Shown piece after piece: positions 11,866-23,760 of a stretch of 64,000 bases of DNA (positions are counted from its first letter, which is position 1; each line of letters begins with the position of its first letter). Location: assembly GCA_002269645.1 (NCBI GenBank), contig NIVC01003697.1:1-64000 (forward strand), in the 5' to 3' direction. The notes under the pieces are model-generated. The model saw only the letters and a list, made by a program, of their open reading frames with translations, had not been told where the DNA came from and made no database searches. The position numbers were made by a program, and so were the translations under genes. The DNA is from Macrostomum lignano (lineage: Eukaryota).

Positions 11866-14030
11866 ATGGCCTTCGAGCCGACTATGGATAACCAAGCTAA
11901 CTCTAGGGACGGGGACCCTTCTAAACCCCAACCTCAGTCCGAAGGACCGGCCGGCCCTGCTGGCAGATCCCAACCGACTGATTCAACTGTGGCAAAGGAA
12001 GGACCGGCTGGCTCTGCTGGCAGATCCGACCAGAGCTACCAAACTCAAAATACCCAAAGACCTGCCAGCTCCGCTGGTGGATCTAAGGGAACCGCGAGCT
12101 CTGAGCCTAAAGGACCGGCCAAATCTGGCAGATCCGATGAAGCTCAGCGGGCTCGGCTTGAGCGCAAACGCGCTAAACAACGCGCAAAAAGGCAGGCCAA
12201 GAAGGGAGCTGCGGGGGCCAAAGCGGCGGCGTCCACCATGGATGCTGAAGCGACTGGTGAAGTGATACATTTTGACTCAAGAAAGTTCCCATCCAGATTG
12301 AATGTATTTTAACCAATGAATGCGCTCCAAATAGCAAAAGCTGAGGACACGACCCCAACCTCAACCAATGAAAAGCAGTTATGTACCATCCAATGCGATC
12401 AAGACTGAAAGTACGATAAAAGCTCATGTTAACCAAGCAAGAAGCTCGCCTCTTCTCTCTTCCGCCTCTCCTCACCCTTGCCTCTCTTTCGCCCTTCTCC
12501 TAGCTTACCTCCTTTGACTATTTTGATTGACATAGTTAGGGTCTCAACCCAAACACCAAAACTTATAAGTCGACTTACTAAAGCCAAACCAACACCCAAT
12601 CCACGTTTTACAATAGACTGAACCTTCGGTTCACCCGAACAACTAGAAACACCTTGTGACTTAAATTGAAAAAGCTTCTTATTTGGAATTCCACCTTAGA
12701 CATTATATTTTGTGAGAAAACATCTCGAGATTGTGACCATCAAATACAACGGTCTGTAAGTTACCATCAAGTGTTTGCATCATCAGGAAAAGTCAGTTGA
12801 ATCCGCCGCCTCAGTTATTTGGCTCTCACATTGATATTTGAAGTAGAACAAGAGCCATAGAAGTGAGAGACCAGAAGAAGAACAATAACGCACATATATT
12901 TTAAAATATTTCACTGGCGTCCCAAGGCAACCAGACGGGCCGGCCGGTGGAAGCTCCGGTAGTTCAGCGGCGGCGCTCCCTGGAGATGCTGCCGCGGCTG
13001 CTGAGGCCGAAACCACGGCGCAACAAATGGCCACTGCCAACAAGGAGGTTCCTTCGGGAGCTACCTTTGCGGCGAAGGCCAAGGCTAAAATCCCGGGAGT
13101 GATCATCCAAGGTCGCGACCAGGACTGGACCACTGATCAGCTTCAAAAAGTGTGGAGTGCTGTTGACTCCTATCTGATTGAGCTGACTGTCGAGGATGGA
13201 ATCTCCATCGGCATTGAGCGGATGGTGCTGCGAAGCACATTCGTTCTTATTGCTCCTAGCAGCGAGGAGGACGCTCGGCAGCTGCTCCAGCGGCTACCGA
13301 CGGTCTCCTTGGATGCTGACCTTGGCGGAGCTCTTTTTCTTCGCGAGGGCCAGCGTCCAAAGACGATACCCTAGTGGTTTTCGTCCCTGCTAAGAGCACC
13401 GCAGCTGGACCAGACGTTATTCGCCGGGTCCTACTGCGTCTGAACCCCGACCTCCCTGCTAGTGGACTGGTGTATCACCGTAAAGTCCGCAGGGGGGAGA
13501 CGGGCAACTCAATTGTCCTCGGCCTTTCCAGCACTTGGGCGAGTCGGTACCCTAATGGATCCTCTTTCCAGCTGGGTGCCCTCAAGCTCAAGATGCGCCG
13601 AGGAAAGTCTGCCAAAGGGAAGGCTACTGCCAACCCCGGCATCTCCGGCAAGAGCGGGGTGCAGTCTAAGGCCCAAGGAAAGGCGCAAGCCGATCCCAAA
13701 GCCAAAGCTGCATCTCGCCCCTCTGCTAGCAGCAGTTCGGCGACCGCGATAACGGCTCCGGCCAAGCCCCGGGAACCAAACCTGCCAGTCGGAGAAGGAG
13801 TTGAGGACGAGGCCGGGTCTTCGGAATCCGAGCTCTCTTCGGCCACCCTGGTGGGGTCCGAAGGTAAAGATGCAGATGAGGAAGCTTCCTCCATCCTGTC
13901 ATCGGAGCCTGAGGACTCTGCTGGGGGGGGCGGTGGGGGTGAGGAGGCCATGGACGTCGACCAACTCCCATCTCCCAGTCAAGCCCCAGCGGCCTGGGAC
14001 GAGGACGATCTGTTGTCCAAGTCTCCTTGA
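11866..14030 (+). pseudogene. LINE ORF1 (gag-like), interrupted by a solo LTR and a frameshift near 13372
   Basis: ATG at 11866. The frame continues across the excised 12258-12913 insert (EATG|VPRQPDG..MATANKE). Low-complexity basic and acidic termini, no CCHC knuckle seen, and the core resembles R1/LOA-type ORF1s. Confidence 0.7.
12258..12913. mobile_element. 656-bp solo LTR inserted in LINE ORF1
   Basis: TGAA..TTCA termini and a 4-bp TSD CTGG (12254-57 and 12914-17). AT-rich against GC-rich flanks. Confidence 0.8.
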
Positions 14031-14069
14031 TGGCCCTGGGCTCTAGCCAGACATTGCATTTAATACAGT

Positions 14070-17000
14070 ATGACTAAGCTCCACGCTGCCAAAGGAGCGA
14101 CATTCTGTCTGCAAATTAATTTACAGCATTGCGTATCTGCGTCAGTAAATCTGATGAAGATTGCTGAGCTGTACAGGCCAGGCCTCATCCTGATCCAGGA
14201 ACCCTGGATGCGCAACGGTAAGTTGCCCAACATTCCCTCTGGCTACTCTGATTTTTATGTGTGTGGCCCGGGGAACAGCCGCCCTAGAGCGGCTATCCTC
14301 GCTGCTAGCCATCTCCAGGCTTGGCTGAGGACTGATCTCTCTGATGGAGACCTTTGCGTCATCCAATCTAATCATTTCTCTTCGCGTACGTGTCTTGTTG
14401 CCTCGGTTTATATCCCAGGCGACAGAGACCCTGCTCCTGAGAGTTTACTGCGCCTCGCGCAGTACTGCGAGTCCCAGAACGCTGAGCTGTGCTTAGGGGG
14501 CGACCTCAACGCGCACCACAAGCACTGGGGCAGCAAAGATACCAACACTAGAGGAGAGGAGCTTCTGGCCCTCATCTCTAACACAAACCTCATGCTCTGC
14601 AACCGCGGCAGCACTCCTACCTTTAATAATGGCAGATGGACCGAGGTCCTCGACGCCACACTCGTTACCCCAAAACTCTTTGACAGAGTTGAGGAGTGGA
14701 GAGTCTGGTCTGAGGAGCCCTCCCTGTCTGACCACTGCTTTATCGCCTTTAATATCGCGGACACTAAAACCCAGGCTCCGATCACTTGGAGGCGCAATAT
14801 CCGCAACACTGATTGGGCGGCCTACAAGGCTGCCCTTGATCTGCACCTGCAGGAACTCACGGACTTACGTCCGATTGAGACCTGCGAGGATGTAGATCAT
14901 ATGGCTGAGACGCTGACAGGTTGCATTATTGCAGCCTACGTAGCGGCTTGTCCTGCTCGCGCCTACAAAGGCAAGACCTCGGCGCCGTGGTGGAACCCGG
15001 AGCTGGGAAACTCAGGCGAAAGGCCAAAAGCCTTCATCGCCGTGCCATGAAGACCGGAAACCCGGAGGACATGGAGCTTTTCCGGCAAGCCTCCCGCAAT
15101 TTCAAATCTGAAGTGCGCAAGGCCAAGGAATGTAAGTGGCGCCAATTCTGCAATGAATTGGATCAAGACAGACCTACTTCTAGGCTTGTCAAGGCCCTTA
15201 CAATGGACAAAATGTCAAAATTAGCCATGATCAAAAAAGATTATGGCTCTCTTACTAAAGACCCTGAAGAAGTGCTTCAGCATATGCTCAGCACATTCTT
15301 CCCGAGGGTACCTACTGATAGACCGGAGCCCAACCATTCGATGGATGGAGCCACCCTAGCGGCGGGCATTGTCACTGAAGACCTAATCGCTCGTGCGGTC
15401 AGAACCTTCAAACCCTTCAAATCTCCTGGACCTGATGGTATCTACCCTGTTCTCCTTCGTGAAGCAGCCAAGATACCCTCGTTCCTGAGACTCACCCGCA
15501 ATCTTATGCGGGCCTCTATCCAGCTGGGATACGTTCCCAAATGCTGGACTGAAGCTCGGGTAGGTTGAAGCCGCCAGAGAGGTTTATTCTCTGGCGGCTG
15601 CTGTCCTGCGAGCTTACAGCGATGCCCCTCAGCAATAATCAGCACGCCTTCCGTACCGGGAGGTCGACTGACAGCGCCCTGCATGCGATTGTCGAGAAGA
15701 TTAAACAGGCGGTACTGGGTGACGGTTACGCCCTGGCTCTCTTTCTTGACATTGTTGGCGCCTTCGACAACGTTATCTTTGAAGCGTTTCAGAGGGCCCT
15801 TCAAAATCGCAAAGCTCATGCTACCCTCATACGGTGGATCATGTACATGATCTCCAACCGTACGGTCACTGCCCAACTTCTTGGGCAAACTGCCTCCACC
15901 AGAGTCTGTAAGGGTGGACCCCAAGGCGGAGTCCTCACCCCGACGCTCTGGAACCTGGTCATGGACGCTCTTTTGAGTGACTCCCGACCCGACCCCGTCT
16001 TCAAAGTCGGGTATGCTGATGACGTCACGGCCATTGTGGCAGGACCGTCTCCCAGCACGCTCAGGGATCTGATGCAGAGCTTTATCCGCAAAGCAGAATC
16101 CTGGGCCAATGACAATGGTCTGGAACTCTCTGAGCCCAAAACCGTTGCCATTATGTTTACCAGCAGACTACGCTGGAACATACGTCCTCTGCAGCTCTAC
16201 GGCAGAGATATTGCCTTCGCGCACCAGACCAGATGTCTCGGGGTCATACTTGACCACCGGCTCAACTGGTCCTCCACGTGAAAGCAAAAGCCAAGCGTGC
16301 CTCAGCCATCCTGGCCCAGCTCCGACGAGCACTTGGCACTTCTTGGGGTCTATCCCCAAAGCGGCTTTGGTGGATCTATACTTCCGTAGTTAGACCTGCC
16401 ATTACGTACGCCTCTGTTGTCTGGGTTAGCGCTACCCAGGTCAAAAGCCATGCAGACCTGCTCAACACGATCCAAGGCAGAGCGTGTAGGCTCATCTGCA
16501 ACGCCACCAGGTCCACGCCCTTTGCTGGCATGGGGGCCTTCCTTAATCTTCCGCCTCTTGACCTCTTCATCAGGGGTGAGGCGGCTAGAACGACGCGGCG
16601 TCTAATTGATGCCGGCGTCAAATTCATTTACATGAGAGCACCTGCTAAGCGGAACCTTGTCCCGCATAGCGATCTGTGCCTCAACTTTCTCAACGAGTGT
16701 CAGGCCAATCGCGTCTTCACCGATGGCATTGCCTCAACGCTCAACCTGAGACAGCGCTACTCCGTAGCTATCGACTCGCGCGATAACATCAATGACCAAT
16801 GGAACCCTGGTGAGCTTCATTGCTACACCGACGGTTCTAAGCAGTCAGCCAACACCGGCTTTGGTGTTGGAATCTTTCTGAACGGGAGGGTCATCGCTAC
16901 CCACGCTCAATACACTGGGGTCAACTCCAGTGTTTTCCAAAATGAAGTTCTGGCCATCAGCTCCTGCACTGCAGAGCTTCTCGCCACTGGCGTTACTGGT

Positions 17001-17732
17001 AAGAACATCATTTTCCATTCGGACAGCCAAGCTGCCTTGCACGCCATCAGTGGCTGCAGCACCAACTCTGCTACAGTCCTCGACTGTATCAAACTCCTCA
17101 ATGTGTTGGGTTCCGCCAATAAAATTACCCTTAAGTGGGTTCCGGGGCATGTGGGGATCCGAGGAAATGAGTTGGCTGACACCCTTGCAAAAGTTGGTGC
17201 CTCCGGCTCCTCTCTCGGCCCCGAACCTCTTGTCCCGATTCCTGGCTGTGTCATCGACTCGCGCATCAAAGCGTGGATCAGGACTCAGCACCGCTTGACT
17301 TGGGCGAACCGCACGAACTGCAGGCAATCCAGAGGCGCTGTCCCTCAGCCCTCTCACCAGCTCCGGAAGCTCCTCTTGCGCCTCTCGCGCAGAGACATCC
17401 GGGCTGCCACCATGACCCTCTCTGGTCACGGCTGCTTCTCCAGGCACCAGTACCTGCAGGGAAACGCCACCAACGCCACCTGTAGTTTCTGCAACTCAGG
17501 TGACGAAACCGCTGAGCATTTCGTCAGCATCTGTCCCGCCTTCACGCGGGCCAGACTCACTTACCTCGGGCCACACACATCTATTACTGAAGCGTGCAAA
17601 CCCGAAAACTTTAATCAGCTCATGCGCTACCTTCAGGCCACCCGCAGGGCTGAACTCTCCTTTCCAGAGAGCACTATAGCTGCTGGCGACACTGGGGGAC
17701 CTCCCTGGGCGGCGCCAACCCTCCGTCCATAG
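14070..17732 (+). pseudogene. LINE ORF2 (AP endonuclease, RT, RNase H, C-terminal Zn finger) with about three frameshifts
   Basis: APE motifs LIQEPW, GGDLNAHH, LDATL, SDH. RT motifs SPGPDG, QHAF, LDIVGAFD, GPQGGVLTP, YADD. RNase H motifs YTDGS, SDSQAA, WVPGHVGIRGNELAD. Zn finger CSFC..ETAEH. Confidence 0.9.
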
Positions 17733-18395
17733 CGACGCGTCGGCCGTTCAGGGACTAGCGGAATGGGCGCCCGCGCCTTCCCGCTGTGTCCCCTCCGGGA
17801 CAGCCCTGCAGCTAAGTCAAACTAAGTCAAAGCGTATCGATCTAATAAACGCCAAGAGGCTTCGTCAACTCTCAGTCGCATCTCTCTGCCTTAGTCTACA
17901 ACTGGTAGCAGAGCGTGGTTATTCTAGAATGGCTGAGAAAGGTTTGACCGACAGTGCAGCGCTGCCCAGAGTGTTCAGTACCGGCAACTTTAAGAAATGG
18001 CTGCGCGTTTCAATGTGTGCGCAAAAGTCAACAAGTGGGACACATGCAAAGCGGAGCGACTGGCCACATTTCTGGACGGCGAGGCTCTCGTCGTATATTT
18101 GGAGCTGTCGGCAGGAGATCAGGCAGACTACCACAAAGTAGTCCAGGCATTGGATAATGCATTCCATCCGAACCGCGAGCACTTCGCCGTCAAGGAGGCG
18201 TTCAAAGCAAGGAAAATTTTGTCGACTGACACTCCACGCATGTATCTGTAAGATGGTTTGCTTAGTTGATTGCGTGTGCGCACGTTCACTAGCTCTTATG
18301 TACATTTGCTCGCTGTACAATGATAATATATAAGTGAATGCCTTGGCGCCCTGGGCAGCCAAGAGTCGGTCTACGCCTTAAGCCAATTTCTCGTT

Positions 18396-18934
18396 GGGAA
18401 AACGATTTCGTGACCAGCGGGCACGGTTGTCCTGTCTGCTACCTCAACGGCGAATACACAGCTACTTGCTGCCGATGACTCCATTTTTACTTGCTGACCG
18501 CACACAGTGAGCGTTTGGCGATTGCAGTCGATGACGCAGCCACAGTTTGCCAGGAAATCTGCACCCAGCAAAAAATCCTTGGCCAGATTGTCGACAACTA
18601 AAACTCTTTGTCGAACCGTTGCCACACCGAAACTTAGCTGCACTTCCTGCCAACCACAGGCAGCCAAATAGTTACCGTCTGCTAGCTTCAACTGCACCGG
18701 AGTCGTCAAAGGCAGGAGCCTGTCATTCAGCTTGCGGAACAGGGAACTTGACATCAAAGACTGGGAACACCCAGTGTCAACTAGACAGCTGGCAGGGATA
18801 CACATTGGCAGGATGCGACAGTTTACCAGCATGTTGGCACCAGTGGCTGAGCAGGACACCTCTACGATTGGTTGCGCCGGGATTCTCACTTGCGGAACGG
18901 CACCCCGGCGGTCGCCGCTCCATCGAAGTTTCCC
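18396..18934 (-). CDS. pol: Element B aspartic protease in the -1 frame (inverted segment, truncated at the breakpoint)
   Basis: LVDTGCSQSL catalytic motif and FLLGADFL flap motif. Confidence 0.85.
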
Positions 18935-19728
18935 GACTTCTGAGTGCAAAATTTTTGAACATGGCCCGGCTTACCGCACTTCCAGCATGTCACAACTCTG
19001 CGTCTGTCGCCGCTCTGACGATGATCCTGGTCCTTTGACTCCCAGCGGCTGAGCTTGTTGGACAGCTCCTTCAGGGACCGTTGAATTCCGACTGCAAAGG
19101 CTTCGGGAACCTCAGCAGCTAGAGCCGTAGCAGTGCCTCCTTGCGACTGTATCGATTCCACGAATCGCGCTGTTTCAACTGTATCAGCGAATGTCGCCTT
19201 TGGCTGCATCTGCGTCTGCATTCGCACAGCTGGGTCCCTCAATCCGGATAGAAACCGACCTTTGAGAAGCTCGTCCTTCGCTGTCACCGACGTCTCCTGC
19301 TCGGCACCTGCTTTCGTCTCCATCAGACTCGGGAACGCACGCTTTGCCGCAACGATCAGGGCATCGGAATAGTCTGCAACCGACTGACCGTCCTTTTGAG
19401 TCAGATTGAAGAACTGCGCCTGCAGCTCAGCAGAGGATGTTGATGGCCGAAATCGATTTTTCAGAGCCTTCTCAAAGTCGTCGTAGGACAGGGCAGCATC
19501 CAAATTGCTGGCCGCTTGATATGATTTGTCGTCGAGGAATGACAGCAGAGCATTCTTGCGCTGATCCACAGGAAGAGATGATGCGAAATTGTTGAATCGT
19601 GCCAGCCAAAGTTCAAAGTCTTGTCCATGCTGGTATTGAGGCGGCCGCAAAAACATGTTGACAAAACTAGCTTGGGGCTGAGTCACCGCCACTGTAGGGC
19701 TCTCTGCACTGCCTTCATTTTCAGTCAT
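18886..19728 (-). CDS. gag: Element B gag with CCHC zinc knuckle (inverted segment)
   Basis: ATG just after the PBS. CWKCGKPGHVQKFC knuckle. Ends SGN.. over the slippery heptamer GGGAAAC. Confidence 0.85.
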   Translation of the reverse strand: MTENEGSAESPTVAVTQPQASFVNMFLRPPQYQHGQDFELWLARFNNFASSLPVDQRKNALLSFLDDKSYQAASNLDAALSYDDFEKALKNRFRPSTSSAELQAQFFNLTQKDGQSVADYSDALIVAAKRAFPSLMETKAGAEQETSVTAKDELLKGRFLSGLRDPAVRMQTQMQPKATFADTVETARFVESIQSQGGTATALAAEVPEAFAVGIQRSLKELSNKLSRWESKDQDHRQSGDRRRVVTCWKCGKPGHVQKFCTQKSGNFDGAATAGVPFRK

Positions 19729-19793
19729 AGCCGCCGCTGCCACCAATGTAAGAACAAGCGAAAACGAGAAATTGGCTTAAGGCGTAGACCGAC

Positions 19794-22467
19794 CGCAGGA
19801 TCCACAATGTTCTCAACGCTCGACTTCACTAGCGGGTACACCCAGGTGATGCTGGACTCAGAGAGTCGCGCAAAAACAGCATTTCCTGCGCCACAAGGAT
19901 TATTCCAGTACAAGAGACTACCGCAAGGTGTGTGCAATGGTCCTGCCACGTTTTCAAGGCTGATGGAACTCGTTCTGAAGGGCCTCCGATGGGAAGTGTG
20001 CCTGTCATTTCTTGACGACGTTGTCATCTTTTCGAAAGGATTCGAGGAGCATCTGCGGCGTCTTGAGCTTGTGTTGCAGAAATTCAGAACCGCTAACCTG
20101 AAGTTGAAGCCGACCAAGTGCCACTTGTGCTATCAGGAGATCTCATTTCTTGGCTTTCGAATCTCAAAAGATGGCGTGACCACTGACCCGGACAAGGTGA
20201 AAGCAGTGCAGGAGTGGCCAACGCCCGAAGATCGTTCAGAAGTGCGACAATTCCTGGGGTTATGTAGCTACTATCGTCATTTCGTTAAAAACTACAGTGA
20301 GATTGCTGAACCGCTGTACAAGCTAACGCAAAAGGACGTGACCTTCAGCTGGACTCTCGAATGCTCAGCAGCATTTAATCGCCTAAAGCAGTGCCTTACT
20401 TCCAGCCCAGTCCTCATCATGCCGACATTCGCAGAAGACGCTGAGTTCGTGCTGGATACCGATGCCTCTGGCGTGGCCATCTCCGGAGTTCTTCAAGAGC
20501 GCCGTGGTGGCAGGACGCAGGTGGTGGCGTACGGCAGTCGCATTCTGTCCAAAGCAGAGAGAAATTACTGCACAACGAGGCGTGAGCTGCTGGCAATTGT
20601 GCACTTCGTCGGTCACTATCGCAGCTACTTGTTAGGAAAAAGATTCACACTACGTACTGATCACGCCTCGCTGATCCATCTTCTGCGCTTTCGAGATCCC
20701 GATGGTCAGCTGGCACGGTGGCTGGATAAGCTAAGCGAATTCGACTACCAGACGGAGTATCGCAAGGGCGAGAAACATGGAAATGCAGACGCACTTAGTC
20801 GGCGACCGTGTCGAAAAGGACCTTGCCTGTGCAGTGGCTCTGCGCTCGCTGTCGAGTTCAATGACGACAGCGCGATTCGACGAGCACAGGCAGAGGATCG
20901 GTGCATGCAGAAGCTGGCGAACTGCTTGCGAGATGGGCAACCACCGGATAAGGCAGAGACGGACGGCTGGAGCAATCGGCAGCGGCAACTGCTGTCCGAG
21001 TTTAAGCGGCTGACACTGGTGAACGGACTGCTGTGCCGCCGATGGGAATCCGAAGATGGCAGCGCCTTTTGTCAGCAGCTGCTGGTGCCAGAGAGTCTAC
21101 AGCGCGATGTTTTTGTCGAAGCTCATGCTGGAACGAGCGGCAGCCACTGCGGACCGCAGAAGACCATAGAAAAGATCAGGGCGCGACTCTACTGGCCTGG
21201 AATGACAGCAGATGTGACTGACTGGTGTGCTGCGTGCCTCGAATGCGCGACACTGAAAGATTCTGGCCAGCACAGGCGGGCACCTCTACAGAGCATGGCG
21301 GTCGGCAGCGTTGGCCAGCGACTGGAAATGGACTTCATGGTGGGCCTGCCGAGGACCGATCGTGGAAATTCAGTCATCCTGGTAGTCATCGACACCTTCA
21401 GCAAGTGGACTGAGGCCTTTCCACTGCCGTCTCAAGACGCTGAGACCACAGCCCGGACGTTTGTCAACGAGTGGGTGGCTCGCTTTGGAGTCCCGCAGTC
21501 GGTGCACACCGACCAGGGTCGGAACTGGGAGTCACAGCTGTTTCAAGAGACGATGCGGCTGCTGAAAATCGACAAGACTCGGACGACAGGCTACCACCCT
21601 GAAGGAGACGGCGGTTGCGAACGGATGAACCGGACACTGGTGCAGCTGCTGCGAGCATGGGTGAACGAGAATCAGCGAGACTGGGATCTTCATCTGCAGA
21701 TTGCACTGATGGGCTACCGCACTTCAGTCCACAAGTCGACTGGTCAGACACCTTCGGCGATGCATTTCGGCCGGGAACTGCGACTACCACTGGACTTGGC
21801 ATACGGAGGTCTGGCGCCGGATAGGCAACGTCCTTGTGAATGGGTGGCCGAGCTGCGGAGCCGGCTGCAGACATCGCACGAGAGGGCGCGACAAAACTTG
21901 GAGGCAGCGCAACTGCACCAGAAGGCAGCGTACGACAGGAGGTGCCACGGCGAGGCATTCAGCGAGGACGATCTGGTCTGGCTGCACAATCCGGCGCTGA
22001 AGCGAGGCGAGAGCCGAAAATTTCATCGATGGTGGACTGGGCCATGGCGCGTTAAAAAGCAGATCTCAGACGTCACCTACCGCATTCAGCACGAGGCCAA
22101 TGCACGACGGCGAAGGGTGGTGCATTTCAATCGCCTGAAGCCATGCAACACGGCTAGTCCAGCTGCAGCACCTCAATTGCAACCAGCGGCGCAACTGCAC
22201 AATCCTGACGAGGACGACCTGAGATTTGACGGCGTCCCAGCCGGCGCCCCAGCCGGCGTCCCAGCCGGCGCCCCAGCCGGCGCCCCAGCCGGCGCCCCAG
22301 CCGGCGCCCCAGTCGGCGCCCCGGTCGGCGCCCCAGCCGGCGCCCCAATCGGCGCCCCGGTCGGCGCCCCTGCTGATGTTCCAGAGCATCCTGAGCAGCC
22401 TGTATTGCGCCGAAGTGAGAGGGCCCGTGCCCCGCCAGAATTTTTTGGTGAAGTGTATACTCATTGA
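19794..22467 (+). CDS. pol: Element B RT-RNase H-integrase (open frame, RT N-terminus lost)
   Basis: FSTLDFTSGY, FLDDVVIF, DTDAS, TDHASL, HxxxH..CxxC, MDFMVG, HTDQGRNWES, ERMNRTL and a GPY/F-like WTGPW. The C-terminus carries PAGA repeats. Confidence 0.9.
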
Positions 22468-23368
22468 ATGCAGATTTTCTTAGAAATTTTTTTTGAAACA
22501 TTGACATTGCTTAAGTTTATTTTAATTTCCTCTTTTATTTCCCTCAAATATTTATTCGTTCAAATATTCGATCACAATTCGTCGAACTCATACTCGTTAC
22601 TTTTTTAACACAACGAAAAATGCAGAAAGTGAGTGGAACACTTTTTTTGAAAGAAGGAGAGCATTGTAAGATGGTTTGCTTAGTTGATTGCGTGTGCGCA
22701 CGTTCACTAGCTCTTATGTAAATTTGCTCGCTGTACAATGATAATATATAAGTGAATGCCTTGGCGCCCTGGGCAGCCAAGAGTCGGTCTACGCCTTAAG
22801 CCAATTTCTCGTTTTCGCTTGTTCTTACATATCCATACGAGTTAAAGAAGATGCTCAAAAGCTTCTCCGTGGACAACAAAGATGCTCAAGAGGCTCTGCT
22901 GTTCCATCAAAGTTTTAAACGGCTGCGATTTCGTCTTCACGTTCTTCGATGACAGCCTGCGCTTCTCAAAGACCAAGTCGGATCATCTCCGGCAACATCT
23001 CCGGCCTTAGGCTCCAAGTGCAAGATCGCGGTACCCGAAGTGACCTTTCTCGGCACACGATATACAAAGGATGGTGCCCAGCCCAGCCAAGAGAAGCTGG
23101 AGGCAATTCAGCAGTGGAAAGAGCTAAGGTCAGCCAAGGAGGTGCATCAGTTCATCGGCCTGTGTAACCAATATCGACGCCACGTAACCAACTTTGCTGC
23201 CATCGCCGTACGGCTGCAGCCTTCGACAAGCTCAAAAGGTGCCTAATTAGTCCTCCGATCCTGGTGACCCCGGATTTCACCAAGGAGTTCTCAGTCTTCA
23301 CGGATGCCAGCGGCAGCGGAGTCGGTGCGATTCTGAAGCAAGGCGAGGCGAGGCGGTGATCGAGTTCT

Positions 23369-23722
23369 GTCAGTCCACTGTCACCCAGTCCAATGTCACC
23401 CAGTCCACTGTCACCCATTCCACTGTGTCCACTGCCACCCAGTTCAACTGTCACCCAGTCCACTGTCACCCAGTCCACTGTCACCCAGTCCACTGTCACC
23501 CAGTCCACTGTCACCCAGTCCAATGTCACCCAGTCCACTGTCACCCAGTCCACTGTCACCCAGTCCACTGTCACCCAGTCCACTGTCACGCAGTCCAATG
23601 TCACCCAGTCCACTGTCACCCAGTCCAATGTCACCCAGTCCACTGTCACCCAGTCCACTGTCACGCAGTCCAATGTCACCCAGTCCACTGTCACCCATTC
23701 CACTGTGTCCACTGTCACCCAG
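23369..23722. repeat. 15-bp minisatellite (gtcacccagtccact)
   Basis: Tandem units between the truncated Gypsy and the ENaC stop codon. Confidence 0.9.
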
Positions 23723-23760
23723 TCAAGTCCGCAACCCCGCTCAGTAAGTCCAGCCCCCCA

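Larger units (their letters stand above)
11350..17831 (+). mobile_element. Probably full-length non-LTR retrotransposon with APE-RT-RNase H (R1/LOA/Tad1-like group)
   Basis: 12-bp TSD GCGTATCGATCT (11338-49 and 17832-43). ~500-nt 5'UTR, ORF1, ORF2 and a 3' tail (CTAAGTCAAA)x2. Confidence 0.9.
11188..17900 (+). repeat. Middle LTR of element A, split by the LINE (11188-11349 + 17832-17900)
   Basis: The two halves reconstitute the 8021-8239 LTR with only a few substitutions. A second PBS follows at 17903-17919. Confidence 0.9.
18247..22829 (+). mobile_element. Ty3/Gypsy element B with an inverted 5' internal segment
   Basis: 165-bp LTR (3' copy 22665-22829, 5' copy broken at 18395), 4-bp TSD TATC (18243-46 and 22830-33) and PPT at 22649-62. 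PBS TGGTGGCAGCGG lies on the minus strand at 19734-45. Confidence 0.9.
17901..23368 (+). mobile_element. Ty3/Gypsy element A, unit 2 (tandem copy), split by element B and truncated at a minisatellite
   Basis: 17901-18246 plus 22830-23368 is near-identical to 8240-~9120, including the same gag-to-RT deletion junction. It ends abruptly at 23368. Confidence 0.9.
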
